A stretch of 64,000 bases of DNA, from NCBI GenBank assembly GCA_965197905.1, contig CBDAOB010000004.1:1792001-1856000 (forward strand), in the 5' to 3' direction. Position 1 is the first letter of the stretch. Each line of letters begins with the position of its first letter. The translations under genes and the position numbers were made by a program. The notes under the pieces are model-generated. The model saw only the letters and a program-made list of their open reading frames with translations, did not search any database and was not told where the DNA came from. This document shows, piece after piece, positions 59,660-64,000 of this stretch. This DNA comes from Candidatus Latescibacterota bacterium (GTDB taxonomy: Bacteria > Latescibacterota > UBA2968 > UBA8231).

Positions 59660-60688
59660 TCAGAACATCCCCGGTGCCCGCGGCGCGGCGCGGTCGTAGA
59701 TCGAAGGCTGCCCCAGGGTGTCCAGCAGTGCGCTGATCGCGGGGAACATCAACTCCGCTTGCTCCACCGTCAGGGTGCTTATCTGTCGGGCGCGGCGGTG
59801 AGACACGATGGCTGCCTCGTCAGCAGCTACCACCTCTAGCGTATCGACTACACCTTTGTCGTCTTCCAGCAAAACCGTGCGCGCACCCTCGACCCCTACG
59901 TCGATCTCTCCAGCCGCCAACAGTCTGTCGTAACGCAACCGGGACAGATAGCTCAAGTAGGCGTACACGCTGTTGTCCACACAGGTCGTATCCTGACCGG
60001 CCCAACGCGTGCGCCAACGGTAACTCGGTCCGCGAAACGAACGGCTACCTGCAGGATCGGTAGGAACCTCTTCTCTCCACAAAGATCCCAACTCGGTGGC
60101 ACGACCGGGGAATGTGATCCGCACGATGGCGCTGCGCGGCAGCGCCTGGGGCAACAGGTGGCGATCTATCATCGGAACCGCTGCCTCATCAAGGGCCAGC
60201 CTGGGATTGGCATGCAGATGGAATACCGTATCCTCCCCTGCCCTGCGGAAGTAAGACTCACTCCCGAGAGCGCCAGGAATACCTCGACCCACTTCTGCAG
60301 CGACGATGGTTCGTCCTCGTTCATCCAGTACCGCCACCTCGATCGCATCCTGAGCACCAAACCCGAATCCGTGCGCGGTGTGTCCGTTGTCGGCGACGAT
60401 CGAACCGCTGCTGGTCATCACACACCTGAGCAGCTGATCGACTCGCTGGCGCTGCGCATACGCATCGAAATAGGCCGGGTAGCGCCAAACACTGTCCCGC
60501 AACACATACGCCCATCGCTGTCCGCTTCGGGCGACGCGGAGCGTTTGCGCCCGTTGCGGATCGATCCCCACCACCGGATGCACACTACCCGCCAGATTCC
60601 GCTGAGAAGCGGCGCTCCGATCCAGGGCGAAGTCGACCACTAGAAGAAGGCCGAGCACCGCGGCGAGAACGATCAGATGTCGTTTCAT
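59660..60688 (-). CDS. DUF4340-like membrane-anchored protein
   Basis: N-terminal TM; W...AYA...RVDQLL, FGF, VG..IPG...YFR..GE pattern; lies after a GldG-like gene as is typical. Confidence 0.65.
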   Translation of the reverse strand: MKRHLIVLAAVLGLLLVVDFALDRSAASQRNLAGSVHPVVGIDPQRAQTLRVARSGQRWAYVLRDSVWRYPAYFDAYAQRQRVDQLLRCVMTSSGSIVADNGHTAHGFGFGAQDAIEVAVLDERGRTIVAAEVGRGIPGALGSESYFRRAGEDTVFHLHANPRLALDEAAVPMIDRHLLPQALPRSAIVRITFPGRATELGSLWREEVPTDPAGSRSFRGPSYRWRTRWAGQDTTCVDNSVYAYLSYLSRLRYDRLLAAGEIDVGVEGARTVLLEDDKGVVDTLEVVAADEAAIVSHRRARQISTLTVEQAELMFPAISALLDTLGQPSIYDRAAPRAPGMF

Positions 60689-63600
60689 ACCATCATCATC
60701 GGGGTGCGGCGGCGGCGGTAGCGAACACCCCCCAGGGCCAGGAAAGCCAGCGGGGCGCTACCCACAACGATCAGGCGCCACCACGCCTTGGCCTCGGGGT
60801 CCTGGTGCGCAAAACCTCGGGGCGTGCTGCGACGGGCTTGCAGCGCGGCCATCTCCCCGCCGAACGCCAGCTCCGCCACCAGATTCAACAAGAGCTGATC
60901 GTGTTGGAAACCGGGGGCTGACAGGTATCGATTCTTGAACATCTCCGAACTTCCGACCAGCACCAGTTTTCCCGACGGCTGAGATCGATCGACAGGACCA
61001 AGACGAAAATCTACCCGTGTTTCCTCCTTCTCCAGGACAAGGGACGGAAACCGACCTTCGATCGACACGGCCAGCGGCTGCTTGGCGGGCAGGAATTCCT
61101 GTGGGGTGAAAATCTGCGGCGGTAACCAACCACCTTTCCATGGATAGGACCAGACGCGATCAGAGGTGGAGATCAACACGTGGTGTTGCAGGTTGTAGGT
61201 GGCCAAGCGGCCTCGATCGAAGGCAAAGCGGTTGCCCCAGACGAAAAGCAGGTCACCCAACCTCCGGGTGATCGCCAAGTCCGGCGCATAGTTGGCTCCC
61301 ACGGTTCGAATCAAGAACGGCAATGCCACCTTCTGCGGGTCGTACTCCCTGATCGCCCTTCGATTGACCTGCGTCTCCAGCTCCAGGTGATGCTGTGTTT
61401 GATCCATCAGCACTTCCCGAACCTGCTCGATGCCCAACAGGTTCAGATAAACCTCGGCATCTTGAAACTGCGGTTGGGGCCAGTACACGGTGTGAAATCC
61501 GGTGCCTCGGTACTGGCGCTGCTGAATGTTGAAATGCTGCTGCGCGATGAGAACGTGCCCGCCGCTGGTGAGGTACGGTCCCAGTTGTTTGAGCACCGGG
61601 GTGGCGTCCCGCCTCGGCTGCAGCCAGATCACCACATCGGCATCCATCGGCAAAAGCGGGTTGCGCGGGTCGACGTGGGAAACGCCGTATCCGTAATCGA
61701 GCAGCAGCGATTTCGCAGCGCTGTAGACATCAACCCCCTTGGGAGGGATCAGGTTCTTCTTGTGAAAGTCCTCCAGCGCCTCTGCGGGAGATAGGCGTGG
61801 CAAATCGGAGACGATAGCCACCCGGGGTCCCGCGCCTGTTTGCCGACGGTGCAGGGCGGCGAGCAGCAGGAACTCCATATGTTCGACGGTGCGTTCATCT
61901 AATCGGGGGATAACCTCCACCTCATCCCCGACGCCCAAGACCAGGCCGCTCCACACTCTTTCGGTGAAGACGGAATCCTCGCGCACGACTTCGGTCTCAA
62001 AAGCTCTCAGTCCACGATTTCCCAGACGGCGGAGTTCCGGCTCTGGCATCTCGTCCGGACCGCGGGTCTGAAAGTCGATGCCGAGCCTGCCCAACAGAAA
62101 ACGCGCGCGTTTCTGCGCTCGCTTCAACGTCGTTGGCAATGTCGAGCTGGGGCTGCTGATCAGGATAGTTTGCGGCTGCGGGGCTGCCGACAACTGCCGG
62201 CGAGTAAGAGGGGCGGGGGAGTGGGCCCCACTGGCGGTGACATCCAGGTAGAAGTCGCCTCGCTGCCGCCAAAGAAGACCTCCCAGAACAATCACGCCCA
62301 AGCCGAGGCCAACGCGGATCGCCAACCAGCGCGTCAAACCCAAGTCCACCCGCGGCCGTGTCGGCAGATATCTGCGGACCACGACCGCGACCAACAGCGC
62401 CGGCAACAGAAATACGACCACCAGACGCCACCAGAATCTTGCGCCCGTGCCAACAGAAGGCAATGTTTCCGGTACGACTCGGCGCATCCGCGCCTGCACA
62501 AGGCGATCGGCGGAAGAGAAGGTGCGCAGCAAGGTGCGCAGAAAGACTCGGTGAGCATAACCCGGCTGGTTGATAATCCCATCCTGGAAGAGGGCGGGGC
62601 TGCTCAGCACCACGAGCTGACCTGCGAGGGGGTCGGCAGGTTTGAGCAAGACGGCGAGATTCTGCTTCGGGACCCTGAGATGGGGCTGTAGATCCGCATC
62701 CGCAAACGGGCCGGGAGGCAGGGCACGAACCCAGGTGTTTCCCGTGGTTGTGGCGATCACCTCGGGAAAGAAGCCGGCTTCGCCGGCACGGACGGGATTT
62801 ACTTCCAAAGAGCTGGCTGAGACGAAATTGAGGCCGCCTCGAGCCGGTCCATGAAAACTCTTCAGGTTGTAGAACGCGGGGAGGCAGCGAATGTGAAACG
62901 GGGCTACCACTTCGCTCACGGAACCCTCTCCCGCATACAACGGCACCGGGCCGGTACTGGCGTCCATCAACAAATCAGGCAGCGGCCGCAGGCCGAACGG
63001 GGCCAGCAACAGCTCCCAATCGGGCGGCTGACGAAAGGCGCGGTAGCTGATCGCGTCTCCCGCGAACTCATACCCGACAGAATAGGAGCTCCCGGCGAGC
63101 AGGGCGGTTCGGCCCGAGGCCAGGAAATTCTTGAGTTGCTGTATATGAGCGGGTGTGACGCCGGCCGGTTGCACCCAGAAGAGCACATCTACCTCGCGCG
63201 GGATGTCGCTCTGGTGTTCCAGGTCCAGATGAACCACATCCCCCTGCTCGGCCAGGAAATGGGCGAGCAACTGAAACTGTTCGGGTGCCGCCAGGGCGAA
63301 GGTCGGGCGCCGGGGATCGAGCTTGGCGCGCAGGTGGTGGATGACCAGCTGTTCGAGATGGGGCAGATGGGCCGGTCCGATGCCCTGAACAAGAATCTCG
63401 GGGTGACCTTCCAGGGCCAAGACCAGAGATGACCAGACGGTCTGTTCGCTGGTCTGGTCGTGAACCACGCGCTTCACGGTGACGGGAGATGCCTTCTTCC
63501 GCGCTGCGTAAACGACGCCATGGGGCTCGTCCAAACTCGGATCGAGCACCCGGTATTCGATCTTATCCGGCGCCTGGGCGTGCAACGCGCGCAAGAACCG

Positions 63601-63855
63601 CACGACCTGAACCTCCACATTCTTGAGGTGAGAAGGCATCCGGTCCTTCGCCGAGACAAAGAAGGTGAGGGAAAGACGGCGATCCAACCGTCGGAGAAAA
63701 TCTTCGGTGTCGACGCCCAGGCTTCCGGGCTCCCTGCCGGCCAGGTCCACCTGTAACCACGACGCGCGTTCTAGCACCATGCGGTTGGACAGGACAGCTG
63801 TAGCAAGAAACAGGGCAAAAGCGAAAAAGAGGTAGGCGTAAAACCGACGCTTCAA
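60685..63855 (-). CDS. GldG-like ABC-transporter auxiliary protein with two tandem GldG-like units
   Basis: Two units each with TM-D(L/V)..., VWS(S/G)LVL, a GATase-like auxiliary domain and A..WWRL.V...P TM; the TTG start overlaps the upstream TGA. Confidence 0.8.
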   Translation of the reverse strand: MKRRFYAYLFFAFALFLATAVLSNRMVLERASWLQVDLAGREPGSLGVDTEDFLRRLDRRLSLTFFVSAKDRMPSHLKNVEVQVVRFLRALHAQAPDKIEYRVLDPSLDEPHGVVYAARKKASPVTVKRVVHDQTSEQTVWSSLVLALEGHPEILVQGIGPAHLPHLEQLVIHHLRAKLDPRRPTFALAAPEQFQLLAHFLAEQGDVVHLDLEHQSDIPREVDVLFWVQPAGVTPAHIQQLKNFLASGRTALLAGSSYSVGYEFAGDAISYRAFRQPPDWELLLAPFGLRPLPDLLMDASTGPVPLYAGEGSVSEVVAPFHIRCLPAFYNLKSFHGPARGGLNFVSASSLEVNPVRAGEAGFFPEVIATTTGNTWVRALPPGPFADADLQPHLRVPKQNLAVLLKPADPLAGQLVVLSSPALFQDGIINQPGYAHRVFLRTLLRTFSSADRLVQARMRRVVPETLPSVGTGARFWWRLVVVFLLPALLVAVVVRRYLPTRPRVDLGLTRWLAIRVGLGLGVIVLGGLLWRQRGDFYLDVTASGAHSPAPLTRRQLSAAPQPQTILISSPSSTLPTTLKRAQKRARFLLGRLGIDFQTRGPDEMPEPELRRLGNRGLRAFETEVVREDSVFTERVWSGLVLGVGDEVEVIPRLDERTVEHMEFLLLAALHRRQTGAGPRVAIVSDLPRLSPAEALEDFHKKNLIPPKGVDVYSAAKSLLLDYGYGVSHVDPRNPLLPMDADVVIWLQPRRDATPVLKQLGPYLTSGGHVLIAQQHFNIQQRQYRGTGFHTVYWPQPQFQDAEVYLNLLGIEQVREVLMDQTQHHLELETQVNRRAIREYDPQKVALPFLIRTVGANYAPDLAITRRLGDLLFVWGNRFAFDRGRLATYNLQHHVLISTSDRVWSYPWKGGWLPPQIFTPQEFLPAKQPLAVSIEGRFPSLVLEKEETRVDFRLGPVDRSQPSGKLVLVGSSEMFKNRYLSAPGFQHDQLLLNLVAELAFGGEMAALQARRSTPRGFAHQDPEAKAWWRLIVVGSAPLAFLALGGVRYRRRRTPMMMV

Positions 63856-64000
63856 TACTTGCTCCGTTGCAGACTCAGTGCGGTCATCCAAGCGAAGAAG
63901 GAGCTCAACAACGCGAAGTAGAGGATATCCGCACCGCCTATCACACCGCGGCTGAACGCCTCATAGTGAGGCATGACCGATATGGATTCGTAAAGCCAGG
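63852..64000 (-). CDS. 3' end of a GldF-like ABC-2 permease (partial)
   Basis: WLYESISVMPHYEAFSRGVIGGADILYFALLSSFFAWMTALSLQRSKY*; the H...F.RGV....D..YF motif. Confidence 0.8.
   Translation of the reverse strand, partial: WLYESISVMPHYEAFSRGVIGGADILYFALLSSFFAWMTALSLQRSKY

Overview
GC-rich bacterial chromosomal window. The gene content (FlgD/T9SS-CTD-like domains, C25 peptidase, dockerin-like tail, short RpoD-like sigma factor, Gld-like ABC module) suggests an FCB-group organism such as Ca. Latescibacterota; this taxonomy is inference only. From left to right: tRNA-Gln and ispE (minus strand); a long plus-strand run (giant TPR protein, Crp/Fnr regulator, sigma54 activator, DegP, M24 peptidase, SAM methyltransferase); a variant cytochrome c maturation cluster (CxxxY-type ccmE, ccmF, ccmH-like, two accessory genes, ccmABCD); two tandem DUF151-UVR nucleases; a zf-HC2 anti-sigma gene broken by an exact 71-bp tandem duplication; nfeD-nfeD-floA-yqfB-like; tRNA-Leu; several secreted CTD/FlgD-bearing proteins; a sigma70 factor; a second, truncated floA; glutaminyl cyclase; folE2; a PduO-type adenosyltransferase; a REC-HDOD protein; a heparinase II/III-like gene interrupted in phase 0 by a complete group II intron (35928-38068); ytoQ; a C25 gingipain-like peptidase; gltA; hpf; an orphan secretin with a lipoprotein; gltBD; and a GldF/GldG/DUF4340-like module. 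Several genes carry small indels that look like assembly errors. The most novel-looking signals are a shared nested-domain N-terminal module on two secreted FGE-fold proteins and a candidate CTD-linked secretion/surface-display set.
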